Source: a virus
Taxonomy: Duplodnaviria > Heunggongvirae > Uroviricota > Caudoviricetes
Length of the DNA: 64,000 nt
Virus record (IMG/VR): IMGVR_UViG_3300031760_000004
Coordinates: 92,294 to 156,293 of that record
Reading direction: 5' to 3' (one strand)
Shown here: piece after piece, positions 44,721 to 54,800 of the stretch
Layout: each line of letters starts with the position of its first letter
Numbering within the stretch: the stretch's first letter is position 1
Notes under the pieces: model-generated
Databases searched by the model: none
Seen by the model: the letters and a program-made list of their open reading frames with translations, nothing else
What the model was told of the DNA's origin: nothing
Position numbers and translations under genes: made by a program

Positions 44721-47405
44721 ATGGCGACCCAGAACAATCCGTTCGGAGGCGTCGATTCCTGGGGCGCCAGGGCCGACGCCTACAAGTACCCGAACCCGTT
44801 CTGCGACATCGCGTCGGTGTACCTGCCGACCAATCTCAACGACGCGTTCGAGTGGATGGAGTTTCTGATGCTCACGATGCCGCCTTTCATGGCGGTCGTC
44901 AACCGCGTGGTCAGCTACTTCCTCACCGAGATAGAGGTCAACGACGTCTCCGACGACGTCCGGGACAACTACCGGGAGGTGTTCGACGACCAGCTGCATC
45001 TCGTGCAGAAGCTCCAGGACATCGGAAAGGACTACTTCTGCTTCTCCGGGGACACGCTTGTCCACACTTCAGATGGGCTGGCCCGCATGGACGACCTCGC
45101 CAGGCTTGGCAAGCCGGTGGACGTGTGCGGCATAGACGGCAGGTGGCACAAGGCCGTGTTCAAGTCCTTCGGCGTCCAGAAGACGGTCGAGCTCGAGTTC
45201 GGAAACGGGCGCAAGGTGAGGACCACGCCGTCGCACCAGTGGTGGGTGGACGCCGGCGACGACGGGGACGGCCTGTCTAGGGTCCGGACCGACGGCCTCA
45301 AGTACTGGTTCAAGGTGCCGGTTAAGGACGTCCCGCGCCCGGAGAAGGACAGGGACTACGACCGAGGGGTTCTCCACGGCATGGCCCTGTCCTCCGGCGG
45401 CAACCCCGTCAAGGCCAAGAAATGCGTCCTGGACTGGTACTCCGACCACATAGGCGTAGAACCGCAGGACTGCATGCTCGTCCCGCCGGCGCCCGAGAAG
45501 TCGAGGTCGTACTGGTACGGTGTGTTCACCGGAATGGCCGAGACGGCCGGGTACATGCAGCCGCGCAAGCACTGCATGTTCATCTCACATCCGGACCTGT
45601 CGGTGCTCGAGCGTCTCAAGGAGGGGTTCGAGTCGGTCGGTCTTGCGGCAAGGTCGGTGTCCAGGCGCAGGATATGGAACGGCGAGGTCAGGTACTACAT
45701 GCCGTTCTCCTGCCGCCACCTGTCCGAGGACGACTTCATGTTCGAGGAGACCGTGGAGAAGTTCAGGGCGATGATGGCCGACGCCCCGGCCCCCAGGTAC
45801 TACACCGGCGTCAGGCGGTCCCCGGAGCCTCCACGCGAGGAGGAGGTGTTCTGCTGCGAGGAGCCCGAGACGCACACGTTCACGCTCGCCGGCGGAATCG
45901 TCACCGGAAACTGCTACGGCAACAGCTTCGTGTCTCTGAACCTTCCGTTCGAGCGTTATCTGAAGTGCCCGGACTGCAGCACCGAGATCCACATATCCAA
46001 GCTCAAGTACGACTTCAAGGCCGACACCGGAAGGTTCATGTGCGAGTGCCCGAAGTGCAAGAGGGGCAAGGTGGAGTTCGAGCGCATAGACCGGCGCCTC
46101 AGGGACACGGCCAAGATAAACGTCATACGGTGGAACCCCAAGCGCATAAGGCTCAAGGTACATCCGATAACCGGCGAGATCAAGTACTACTACAAGCTCG
46201 AGGAGAAGTTCGTGCAGCGGGTCAGGGAGGGCAACCCGTTCTACATCAACACAACCCAGTGGGGCTTCATCGAGACGTGCTGCGGCGACAAGGCGCGCAA
46301 GAACTCCACGGAGTGCCTCTTCGAGTTCGACGAGGGCCAGATCTACCACATGCGTGACACCGTGTTCGCCGGCCTCCAGGACAAGATCAAGGGCTGGGCG
46401 ATACCCCCGCTCCTGCCGTACTTCAAGCTGGCGTACTACATCCAGCTGATGCGCCGGTATGACGAGGCGATAGCCCTCGACTTCATCATGCCGTTCCGGA
46501 TCCTGTACCCGCAGGGCCAGGCCCCGGGCGGCCAGGACGCCCTCACCATGGTGTCCATGCAGACGTTCATCTCGGCCATGAGCCAGATGATCGAGAAGAA
46601 GCGGGCCAACATGACTGCCATCGAGGTGGCCCCGTTCGCGATCGGATACGAGCTCATCGGCGGCGAGGCCAAGCAGCTGGCGCCGAAAGAGAGCATCCAG
46701 CAGGCGGAGCAGGAGCTTCTCAACGCCATGGGGTTCCCGCAGGAGCTCTTCGCCGGCACCCTCTCGCTTCAGGCGGCGCCTGTCGCGCTGAGGCTGTTCG
46801 AGCGCGAGTGGAACCCGCTCGTCGACAACATGAACTCGATTCTGCAGTGGATCTCCGACCAGGTCGCCCGCTACTTCATGTGGGACAAGGCGTCCGTCAG
46901 GTTCACCCCGATCACGCTCGCCGACGACATCGAGAAGAAGGGCCTCCAGATGCAGGCCGCAGCAGGCCAGGACATCTCCAAGCAGACCGCGTACCGCGCC
47001 ATGGGCATCGACTACCTCAAGGAGCAGGAGCGCGTCATCAAGGAGCAGCAGGACGTCCAGAAGATGCAGGAGAAGGCCATGGCCGAGGCGCAGGCCCAGC
47101 AGGCGAACGGAGCCATGGGCGGCGGCGATGGCGGCGGAGCCGAAGGCGGCGGGGAGTCCGGCATGTCCGGTCCCGGCGGCGATGTCGGCGCCACACCTGG
47201 CGACGTCTTCCAGCAGGCCCAGGAGATCGCCAGGCAGCTCATCGCGGCCAACAACCCGGCCCATACAAGGCAGACGCTCGCGCAGGTCAAGAACACCAAC
47301 CCGACTCTGTGGGCCATGGTCAAGGGCCAGCTCCAGGAGCAGAGGCAGCAGCTATCGTCCGAAGGCAGGCAGATGCTCGTCCAGCAGATGCAGCAGGAAG
47401 GATGA
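44721..47405 (+). CDS. putative portal protein with intein and Zn-ribbon insertion
   Basis: spliced junction DIGKDYF|CYGNSF resembles the portal 'yGNa' motif; CPDC..CPKC insert; Gln/Gly-rich tail. Confidence 0.55.
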   Translation: MATQNNPFGGVDSWGARADAYKYPNPFCDIASVYLPTNLNDAFEWMEFLMLTMPPFMAVVNRVVSYFLTEIEVNDVSDDVRDNYREVFDDQLHLVQKLQDIGKDYFCFSGDTLVHTSDGLARMDDLARLGKPVDVCGIDGRWHKAVFKSFGVQKTVELEFGNGRKVRTTPSHQWWVDAGDDGDGLSRVRTDGLKYWFKVPVKDVPRPEKDRDYDRGVLHGMALSSGGNPVKAKKCVLDWYSDHIGVEPQDCMLVPPAPEKSRSYWYGVFTGMAETAGYMQPRKHCMFISHPDLSVLERLKEGFESVGLAARSVSRRRIWNGEVRYYMPFSCRHLSEDDFMFEETVEKFRAMMADAPAPRYYTGVRRSPEPPREEEVFCCEEPETHTFTLAGGIVTGNCYGNSFVSLNLPFERYLKCPDCSTEIHISKLKYDFKADTGRFMCECPKCKRGKVEFERIDRRLRDTAKINVIRWNPKRIRLKVHPITGEIKYYYKLEEKFVQRVREGNPFYINTTQWGFIETCCGDKARKNSTECLFEFDEGQIYHMRDTVFAGLQDKIKGWAIPPLLPYFKLAYYIQLMRRYDEAIALDFIMPFRILYPQGQAPGGQDALTMVSMQTFISAMSQMIEKKRANMTAIEVAPFAIGYELIGGEAKQLAPKESIQQAEQELLNAMGFPQELFAGTLSLQAAPVALRLFEREWNPLVDNMNSILQWISDQVARYFMWDKASVRFTPITLADDIEKKGLQMQAAAGQDISKQTAYRAMGIDYLKEQERVIKEQQDVQKMQEKAMAEAQAQQANGAMGGGDGGGAEGGGESGMSGPGGDVGATPGDVFQQAQEIARQLIAANNPAHTRQTLAQVKNTNPTLWAMVKGQLQEQRQQLSSEGRQMLVQQMQQEG
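45039..45911 (+). mobile_element. intein (291 aa) with degenerate LAGLIDADG endonuclease
   Basis: block A CFSGDTLVHT, block B TTPSHQWWV, block F/G EEVFCCEEPETHTFTLAGGIVTGN, +1 Cys. Confidence 0.92.
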
Positions 47406-47414
47406 TGAAACAGG

Positions 47415-48209
47415 GTGGATGGCATGGAAGGGTTGCTGTTCTTCTACGCGGTTGAAAAGGAGGCGTACCTGCAGTTTGTACTGCCGTTCCTGTATTTTGC
47501 CGAAAAATACAATCCAGGTTCAAAGTTTGAGATAGCCGTTGTAAACGGGGACGTTCCGAAGTGGATTTCAGACGGACTTTCAATTATGAAGTCTCCCGGA
47601 GACATATCCGTATACAGTCTTGAAAGCAAGTCTACCGCTGCCATCAGCAGGTGGCTGTTTGAACCAAGGACGCCTTCTGAATTCGTATATACAGGCGACA
47701 TAGACATCATGATATCCGAGCCTGTTGCCCCGTACCATGTCGGACGCATGGAGGAGTGCGGGTCGTGCTACAGCAACACGGTGAGGCCAAACAATTCCGG
47801 AAGGATGTCCGGACTACAGTTCATGAGTCGGGAATGGTATGCCAGGACAAGAACGGCGCGTGAAAAGCGAATTTCAAATAAAAACAGCACACGCGGCATG
47901 AACGACGAGGTCGTACTGATGGACATTGTACGCGAAAGCGGGCTTCCAGTCATAAGCGAGCCCAGGCCCGTGCATGGCGTCCACATGTCGCTTCACAGAA
48001 AACCGTTTTGGAAATCATCATACATGATAAACGTTTTGCCGGACGAGTTCAGGCCGCAGTTCGAAGAGACCGTGTCAGAGGCTCGGTTTAAGCTAATTGT
48101 CGATGCATGCCCGATGTTCAGAGACACGCTCAGCGAATTCATAGAGTATGTGTCTGGAGATGCGTCCGAAAGCGATTTCCGTAACGCAGCCGGGCCAGTA
48201 ACGGGGTAA
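47415..48209 (+). CDS. putative GT-A fold glycosyltransferase
   Basis: VYTGDIDI (DxD), CYSNTVR, RMSGLQF; start may be 47424. Confidence 0.65.
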   Translation: MDGMEGLLFFYAVEKEAYLQFVLPFLYFAEKYNPGSKFEIAVVNGDVPKWISDGLSIMKSPGDISVYSLESKSTAAISRWLFEPRTPSEFVYTGDIDIMISEPVAPYHVGRMEECGSCYSNTVRPNNSGRMSGLQFMSREWYARTRTAREKRISNKNSTRGMNDEVVLMDIVRESGLPVISEPRPVHGVHMSLHRKPFWKSSYMINVLPDEFRPQFEETVSEARFKLIVDACPMFRDTLSEFIEYVSGDASESDFRNAAGPVTG

Positions 48210-48308
48210 AGCCGAAAACCGCCGTCCACGGGTGTGGCGGCGGACACATCGTACAACAGGGACAAAGCGAAAAGGATCGGCACCCGGCTGCGGGACGGAA
48301 AACACGCC

Positions 48309-49499
48309 ATGTTCGATTTCGGAAAATACGTTGACGCCGTGTACGTCCTTCATTTCTCCGGCAATGCGTGGCGCAGGAGATATCTCGAGCCAGAGCTTAG
48401 GAGGGTAGGTCTTCTTGGGTCTCCGCTGCTTCACTGGAGGATCAGCGGAGCCAAGCCGTTTCTGTCTTCAGACAGGATTGACGCGTCTAACAGGTACGCC
48501 CACGACATAATCCACGAGAACATAGACATACTGGAGGACGCCCTGGACGAGGGATATTCCAGGATAATGGTAATGGAAGACGACATAGCGTTTGTAAAGG
48601 ACCTGTACGCCATTTCGCTCGCGTTTAACAAGACTCCTCCAGGATTCAGCGTGCTTCACCTTGAGTGGGTGACGTCAAAGCCAGGTCTCTTGCCGAAAGG
48701 AGAGCGGTGGTCCGGGGACGTGCATATGACACTAGGGGAGGGGTGCTCCGTTTTCAGTCGTACAGGCATGAAGGAGCTTCTAAACCGAATTTCAGCCCCC
48801 GGGTTCCGCCCGATAGACCTGGTGTCAAGGGATATTCCCGGGTGCCATGTTGCGACTCCAAGGCTCGCCATACAGCTTCCATTCCTGTCAAGCGGCAGCA
48901 ATGGGGCGTACGGTGTGGCTGGTCATGTGCTGTCAGAAGACTGGAAAAGGTACAGTTTTCCTGACGACTTCATTCCCGGAGTAGGGGTAGTTCCTGGAAA
49001 AAAGTGCTTTGAGAGCCTTATTCCAGCCGTGGTAGCCGCCGTTGCAGAGCATATGTCGTCTGGAACACTGTCCGACCCTACGTGCGGAAGGCTGTACAGG
49101 GCGGCCTCAGAGCACAGGGGGGAGAATCCCGCGGCGTATGCCGTCGCGATGGCTATGATCGCCTCAGCGCGCCAAGGACTTGTATCTCCGTACCTGGCGC
49201 TTGCAAAGCTATGCCCGAAGTCGTCGTTCCCTGGAGACGAACAAAGACGAATACTCAAGATGGCCTCCGAAGTGGCTGGCGATAATTTCGACCGGGACAT
49301 ATACTCAGTCCCGGGACCGTCAGGCGATTTAGCCGGAGACGTCTCCAACGCCGACATGGAGCCTCTGTTCAGGGACATAGTTGAATCGTCCGCCCCGGGA
49401 GACCTTGACGGACCGGACGGAGACCTCATAAGGTTCTCGGCCTATCAGCTTCCGGAATGGCGCGATGTCGAGGAAAGTTCAAATGGTTTAGATGGATGA
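48309..49499 (+). CDS. GT25-like glycosyltransferase with C-terminal extension
   Basis: VDAVYVLH...WRRRY, ILEDAL..IMVMEDDIAF. Confidence 0.75.
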   Translation: MFDFGKYVDAVYVLHFSGNAWRRRYLEPELRRVGLLGSPLLHWRISGAKPFLSSDRIDASNRYAHDIIHENIDILEDALDEGYSRIMVMEDDIAFVKDLYAISLAFNKTPPGFSVLHLEWVTSKPGLLPKGERWSGDVHMTLGEGCSVFSRTGMKELLNRISAPGFRPIDLVSRDIPGCHVATPRLAIQLPFLSSGSNGAYGVAGHVLSEDWKRYSFPDDFIPGVGVVPGKKCFESLIPAVVAAVAEHMSSGTLSDPTCGRLYRAASEHRGENPAAYAVAMAMIASARQGLVSPYLALAKLCPKSSFPGDEQRRILKMASEVAGDNFDRDIYSVPGPSGDLAGDVSNADMEPLFRDIVESSAPGDLDGPDGDLIRFSAYQLPEWRDVEESSNGLDG

Positions 49500-49524
49500 C
49501 CATTTGTGCCTGCGGCCTTTTTTG

Positions 49525-49533
49525 TGGTATACT
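49525..49533 (+). promoter_or_regulatory. extended -10 promoter
   Basis: TGG-TATACT; TTGTGC about 18 nt upstream. Confidence 0.6.
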
Positions 49534-49554
49534 TTATGCAAAGGAGGCCGCGCA

Positions 49555-50157
49555 ATGTCCGCCCTGTTCGAGTTCCTTACGAACCTGCTAGGGTTCATAA
49601 CCGGGGTTTTCAGCGATAAAAAAGAGAACAAGGAAAACCTGTGGTCCGAGATACTGGACTGCAGGTCGAAGCTTTCCGTGGCGCTCGCCGAAGGCCGGAT
49701 AACCGACGTCGCTGTCCTCAGGAAGGAGCTGGAGTCCCTTATGAGACGGTATTCAAAGTACATCAGGTCGGAGGAGCGCGCCTTCAGGCGCGGGGCCAAG
49801 GGCGGGATAAAGTGGGCCTCGTTCTGTCTGTCGGCGGTTATTCTGGCCGTATCAGGATGCGCCAACACCAAGTCGAGGCCGCAGCAGCAGGTGCTCGTGA
49901 TAGGTGAGCGTATCCACGTCCTGGAGCCAGGTTCGGACCTCAAGGTTCCGCAGCTTGTCCCGCCGGCCAGAAAATGGTACCTAGTAGACGACGTGGCCAT
50001 ACTGCAGTGGCTTGGAATACCTTTTGACTACGGAAGCCCCGGTCCTGGCGACAGGAGGGACGTAATAGTGTCGGACGTTCGGGACGGGGCGATGTCCGTG
50101 AAGACATACAGCTACGATTCCAAGGCTGACAGATGGGTGGAGGTTGTTCCGAGATGA
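49555..50157 (+). CDS. membrane/lipoprotein, possible spanin-like
   Basis: AAGGAGG RBS; N-terminal amphipathic helix, coiled coil, internal lipobox VILAVSG|C. Confidence 0.5.
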   Translation: MSALFEFLTNLLGFITGVFSDKKENKENLWSEILDCRSKLSVALAEGRITDVAVLRKELESLMRRYSKYIRSEERAFRRGAKGGIKWASFCLSAVILAVSGCANTKSRPQQQVLVIGERIHVLEPGSDLKVPQLVPPARKWYLVDDVAILQWLGIPFDYGSPGPGDRRDVIVSDVRDGAMSVKTYSYDSKADRWVEVVPR

Positions 50158-50516
50158 GGGATTTCAGAGGACTTTTGAAGATGGCGTTCTTCGGCCAGCC
50201 GGAACAGCAGACCGTCGGCCAGTTCATGAACGCGTGGAACGCGAACCTGAACGCGAACCCTTCCATAAGGCACGACGCCTTCCAGCGCATCAACAGCGCC
50301 GGGCTCGACGTAAAGCAGCCGGCGTCGAGGATACCGTACGTGCTCGGCGGCGGTCTCGTTGGGCGTACCGCGGCGTCGTATCTAGGCGCCAATCCGTTCT
50401 GGAAGGGCGTCGCGACCATAGGCGGGGCCATGTACGGCAACCACATGTACAACAAGAACCACCCCGACCCCAGGATGGAGCCAGTAGCGCCAGGACTTGT
50501 CAGGAGGGGTTTCTAG
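50154..50516 (+). CDS. putative virion protein with MRDFRGLLKMA leader and Gly-rich helices
   Basis: leader shared with 60495; LGGGLVG and IGGAMYG. Confidence 0.65.
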   Translation: MRDFRGLLKMAFFGQPEQQTVGQFMNAWNANLNANPSIRHDAFQRINSAGLDVKQPASRIPYVLGGGLVGRTAASYLGANPFWKGVATIGGAMYGNHMYNKNHPDPRMEPVAPGLVRRGF

Positions 50517-50517
50517 C

Positions 50518-51834
50518 ATGACAGCGTACGAACATGGCTTCATGAGCAAGTGCGCCGAATACGGCATAGGCCCGTTCTACGCGGGGCGCATGCTGAAAAT
50601 TGCGCAGCAGCCTGATCCGTTTGGGTGGGATGAGGAGTTTGACCCTGATCTTTATGACGAAGACTCGCCTGAGGCTATACGTGAACGATGGGTTGAAGAA
50701 CAGATAGCTAAAAATCCGAAACTATACAGTAATTTAGGCCCGGCAAAGCAACGAGCCTTCTGGCGCAGAGAATACGACACCACCCAGCGTAAGCCAGGAA
50801 CTTACGAAGGCGGTGTAAGGACCATGGATGAAAATGGCAACCCTGTTGAAATAAGCCCAGAGGACCAGAAGATGGTTGACGCCGCCAGACATGTGCGGGA
50901 ACTTATGAGCGGTGCGAGCAGTCGACTACCTACCCAGCCATCCGTTCAGCCGCAGGCACAGACATTTGTCCAGCAGCCTGCACAGCCGGCGTACAACGAA
51001 CGCGTCATGGACGACTTCGCCGGATACGAGGGCCAGGTCCACGACGTGGAGCGCGTTCCGACGCACATCAACAACGCTGTCCAGCCGCCTAAGACCACTC
51101 CTCCTGTTCCTCCAGCGCCACCTCCTCCTCCTCCTGCACCCCCTCCCGCGCCACCTCCGGCTCCTGCGCCAGCACCTACTGCCGCACCGGTCCAGACCCC
51201 TTCACAGCAGCGTGACCAGATGTGGGCCGGCTTGAACGAGCAGCAGAAGAACTCGTTCAGGACGTGGGCCCAGAAGGACGGGCGCGGAAAGACGTTCGGC
51301 GCGATGTTCCGAGGCGCCGACGGCAAAATAGACCAGGCCGCCGCGAACAAGTTCCTTAAGGACAATCCGAATTTCCTGACCGGCACCGATGCCGACAGGG
51401 ATGCGATTCTAAAGCAAAGATACGGGCAGCTAAACCAGCAGCAGGCCGACGCCTTCCACAACAGCCAGGAGTACAAGGCGTACAGGCAGTCCGCAGCGGC
51501 CAGGCAGCAGGCTGCTAGGGACCGCGCCGCCAAGACTTCGTTCAGGACTCCGACTCCGAACGGGTGGGCCGAGGGCAAGGACTCGAGCGGAAACTCGTAC
51601 CGCGTGCACCAGGAGGACGCCGCTGCGGCGGCGAAGTGGCTTGCCGAGATAGACAGGGCCAATGCGGCGGCCAAAGGCAATACGCAGCCACCGAATGCCG
51701 GAACGGCCACGGTGACGCGCAGGTACGGCAACCCGGCGCCGAAGAAGATCACCAAGATCGAGGATCGTGGCGGCGACCCTGGCATGAGGACGTTCAAGCA
51801 GCCGGTCAGGTACGGCTATCATTACAGAGGTTGA
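50518..51834 (+). CDS. putative virion protein with HG..A..GIGP..M.K.A leader and poly-Pro linker
   Basis: leader aligns with 62764; PPVPPAPPPPPPAPPPAPPPAPAPAP. Confidence 0.7.
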   Translation: MTAYEHGFMSKCAEYGIGPFYAGRMLKIAQQPDPFGWDEEFDPDLYDEDSPEAIRERWVEEQIAKNPKLYSNLGPAKQRAFWRREYDTTQRKPGTYEGGVRTMDENGNPVEISPEDQKMVDAARHVRELMSGASSRLPTQPSVQPQAQTFVQQPAQPAYNERVMDDFAGYEGQVHDVERVPTHINNAVQPPKTTPPVPPAPPPPPPAPPPAPPPAPAPAPTAAPVQTPSQQRDQMWAGLNEQQKNSFRTWAQKDGRGKTFGAMFRGADGKIDQAAANKFLKDNPNFLTGTDADRDAILKQRYGQLNQQQADAFHNSQEYKAYRQSAAARQQAARDRAAKTSFRTPTPNGWAEGKDSSGNSYRVHQEDAAAAAKWLAEIDRANAAAKGNTQPPNAGTATVTRRYGNPAPKKITKIEDRGGDPGMRTFKQPVRYGYHYRG

Positions 51835-51840
51835 TGAGAC

Positions 51841-54800
51841 ATGGCCGAAGAAGACAAGGTCCCGGACTTCCTGCGCGAGTTTGACGACGCCAAGTCGGCC
51901 CGCCGGAACATCTACGACAACACGCTTGAGGCGATGAGGAAGCGCTTCCCCATTGAGGACGACAACTACCGCCTCGAGCTTAACGACCTCCATTACGACG
52001 GGCCTCTGGAGTACTCCCTCGCCGAGCAGAAGAAGGCGCTTCTAAACAACCGCAATCTCCGTACCAACCTGGTTGGCACGTGGCGGCTCGTTGATAAGAA
52101 GACGGGAAACGTCGTCGATGAGCGCAAGGACTCCGTGATGCAGGTGCCGTACTGGACAGACCGCGGCACGATCATCAACAACGGCTCCGAGTACACGGTC
52201 ATCTCCCAGTCGAGGTTGCGTCCCGGCGTGTACGCCCGCAGGAAGTCCAACGGGGAGCTCGAGGCCCAGTTCAACATCAAGCCCGGTACTGGCCGCGCCT
52301 TCCACATAGGCCTGCAGCCCGAGACCGGCGTCATGACGCTCCAGACGGGGCAGGGCTCGATGCCGCTGTACCAGATACTGAGGGGGCTTGGAGTAGACAA
52401 CAAGGACATAGTCAAGTACTGGGGCGCCGACGTTGCGGCGGCAAACGCGCAGAAGGCCGACGCCCAGGCCTGGAACAAGCTGTACCGGAGGATGGCCGGC
52501 TACAAGGCCGTTCCAAACGCCACGGAGGCGGACAAGATCCAGTTCGTCAAGGACGCCGTGTCGAAGTACGAGGTCGACCCAGAGGTCGTCGAGCGCACCA
52601 TGGGGCTCAGGAACGTGTCGACTGTGACGCCGGAGCTGCTTCTCAGGGCGTCGCAGAAGGTTTTGAACGTGTCCCGCGGCGACGAGAAGCCGGACAACCG
52701 CGACAACCCGAGGTTCAGCAAGTTCTACGGGGTGGAGGACTACTTCAAGGAGCGTGTCGAGAAGAACGCCGGCCGCCTGGCGAACACCTTGCTTTACAAG
52801 GCCCGCAGGAACGGCAGCCTGAAGGGAATACAGCGCAACGCTCTCAATCCGTGGGTCGACACAATCATAAACGGCTCCGGGCTTGCCATGCCCGGAGAGG
52901 AGGCGAATCCTCTTTCCACCCTGGAGCAGATGTCGCGCATCTCCAAGTTCGGACTTGGCGGCATAGGGTCGAAGGACGCCGTGACCATGGAGGCCCGCGA
53001 CGTCCAGGGTGACTACCTCGGTTTCGTGGATTCCATCCAGGGACCGGAGTCTGAAGCCATCGGTGTCGACGTGCGCGCCGCGTACAAGACGTTCCTCGGC
53101 AAGGACAACAAGCTTTACGGCGAGTTCATCGACAACCAGACTGGCAAGAAGGAGTACGTCGACATCGCCACGGCCTCCGACAGGCTCGTGGCCTTCCCAG
53201 GCCAGGATCCGAACGCCAAGTACGTCATGGCGATCAAGGACGGCATACCGCAGCGCGTTCCGCGTGACGAGGTGAGATACACGGTCCCGTCGTACGCCCA
53301 CATGGTCGCCTCCAACACCAACATGAACCCGATGCCGACCGGCGTTCAGGCCGGCAGGCAGTTCTACGGGTCGAAGTTCTGGTCTCAGTATCTGCCGCAG
53401 GCGAAGGGCGAGACGCCGCTTGTGGACACCCTGATGCCGGACGGCAAGCTCACCTGGCGAGAGTACTACGGCCGCAAGGTGGGGACGCTCAGCTCTGATG
53501 TCGACGGCGTGGTCACCAAGGTGGACGACGACAAGGTCGTCATCAAGGGCAATGACGGCAAGACGTACACCAGGGAGCTCACAAAGAACGTACCGTTCAA
53601 CCGCCTTAGCCAGATAAGCTACTTCCCGGCCGTGGAGGTTGGACAATCGGTGAAGGCCGGCGACATGCTGGCCCACTCGAACTACACCGACAGGAAGACC
53701 GGCGCCATCAACATGGGGCAGAACCTGCATGTGGCCATAATCCCGAACGGAGGTTCGTTCGAGGACGCATACGTGATCAGCGAGGCGGCGGCAAAGAGGA
53801 TGGCGACAGACCGGCTGTACAGCTTCGACCACGAGACCAGGAACGGCGTCACCATAGGCAAGAACAAGTTCATTTCGGCGTATCCATCGAAGTTCACGAA
53901 GGAGCAGGTCGAGACGCTTGACGACAACGGGATCGTAAAGCCGGGAACGATTCTTCACAGGGGCGACCCCATCGTGCTGTCTCTCGGCCCGAAGATGCTC
54001 TCGTCGCAGGACAAGGCCCTCGGAAAGCTTTCAAAGGCTCTCAGAAACTCCTACACCGACCGTTCGGAGGTGTGGGAGCACGACTACGAGGGGAAGGTCG
54101 TCGACACGGCCGTGACTTCCAAGGGGGCCAAGGTTAACGTGTCGGCGCAGCCGCCGGTCCGCGTCGGAGACAAGCTGTCCCCGATGGCCGGCATCAAGGG
54201 CGTCGTGGGCCAGATCATCCCGGACGACCAGATGCCAAGGGACGCCGTGACGAACCAGCCGTACGACATGCTCATGAACACCATGGGCTTCCTGTCCCGC
54301 GTTGCGCCGAACCAGATCATCGAGATGAACCTGGCCAAGGTTGCCAAGAAGACCGGAAAGCAGATCCGGATTCCGCAGCTTCCGCCTCCCGAGGGATGGT
54401 ACAGGTGGGCGCAGGCCCAGATGAAGGCCGCCGGCGTTCCCGAGACGGCGGACGTGTTCGACCCGGTCACCGGTCGTACCATGAAGGGCATCGGCGACGG
54501 GTACATGTACACGATGGCGTTCCACCACCTTGCCGAGAAGAAGGCCTCCGCGGTGGGTGCCGACGGGTCGTACACGCAGGACGAGCAGCCGTCGAAGGGC
54601 GGCTTCTCCGGAGGCAAGAAGACCTCCGGAATGGACCTCTGGGCCATGCTGGCCCACAATGTGCCGGATGTCATAAAGGATTCCCAGGCCATACGTGGAA
54701 CCAGGAACGACCAGTACTGGCGCGCCCTGCAGCTCGGTCTTCCGACTCCGGAGCCCGAGGAGCCGTTCATCTACAAGAAGTTCCTGAACACTCTCAGGGC

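Noticed and set aside
45585-47264. 559-aa minus-strand ORF
   Set aside because: Antisense shadow of the putative portal
52042-53958. 638-aa minus-strand ORF
   Set aside because: Antisense shadow of the RNA polymerase gene
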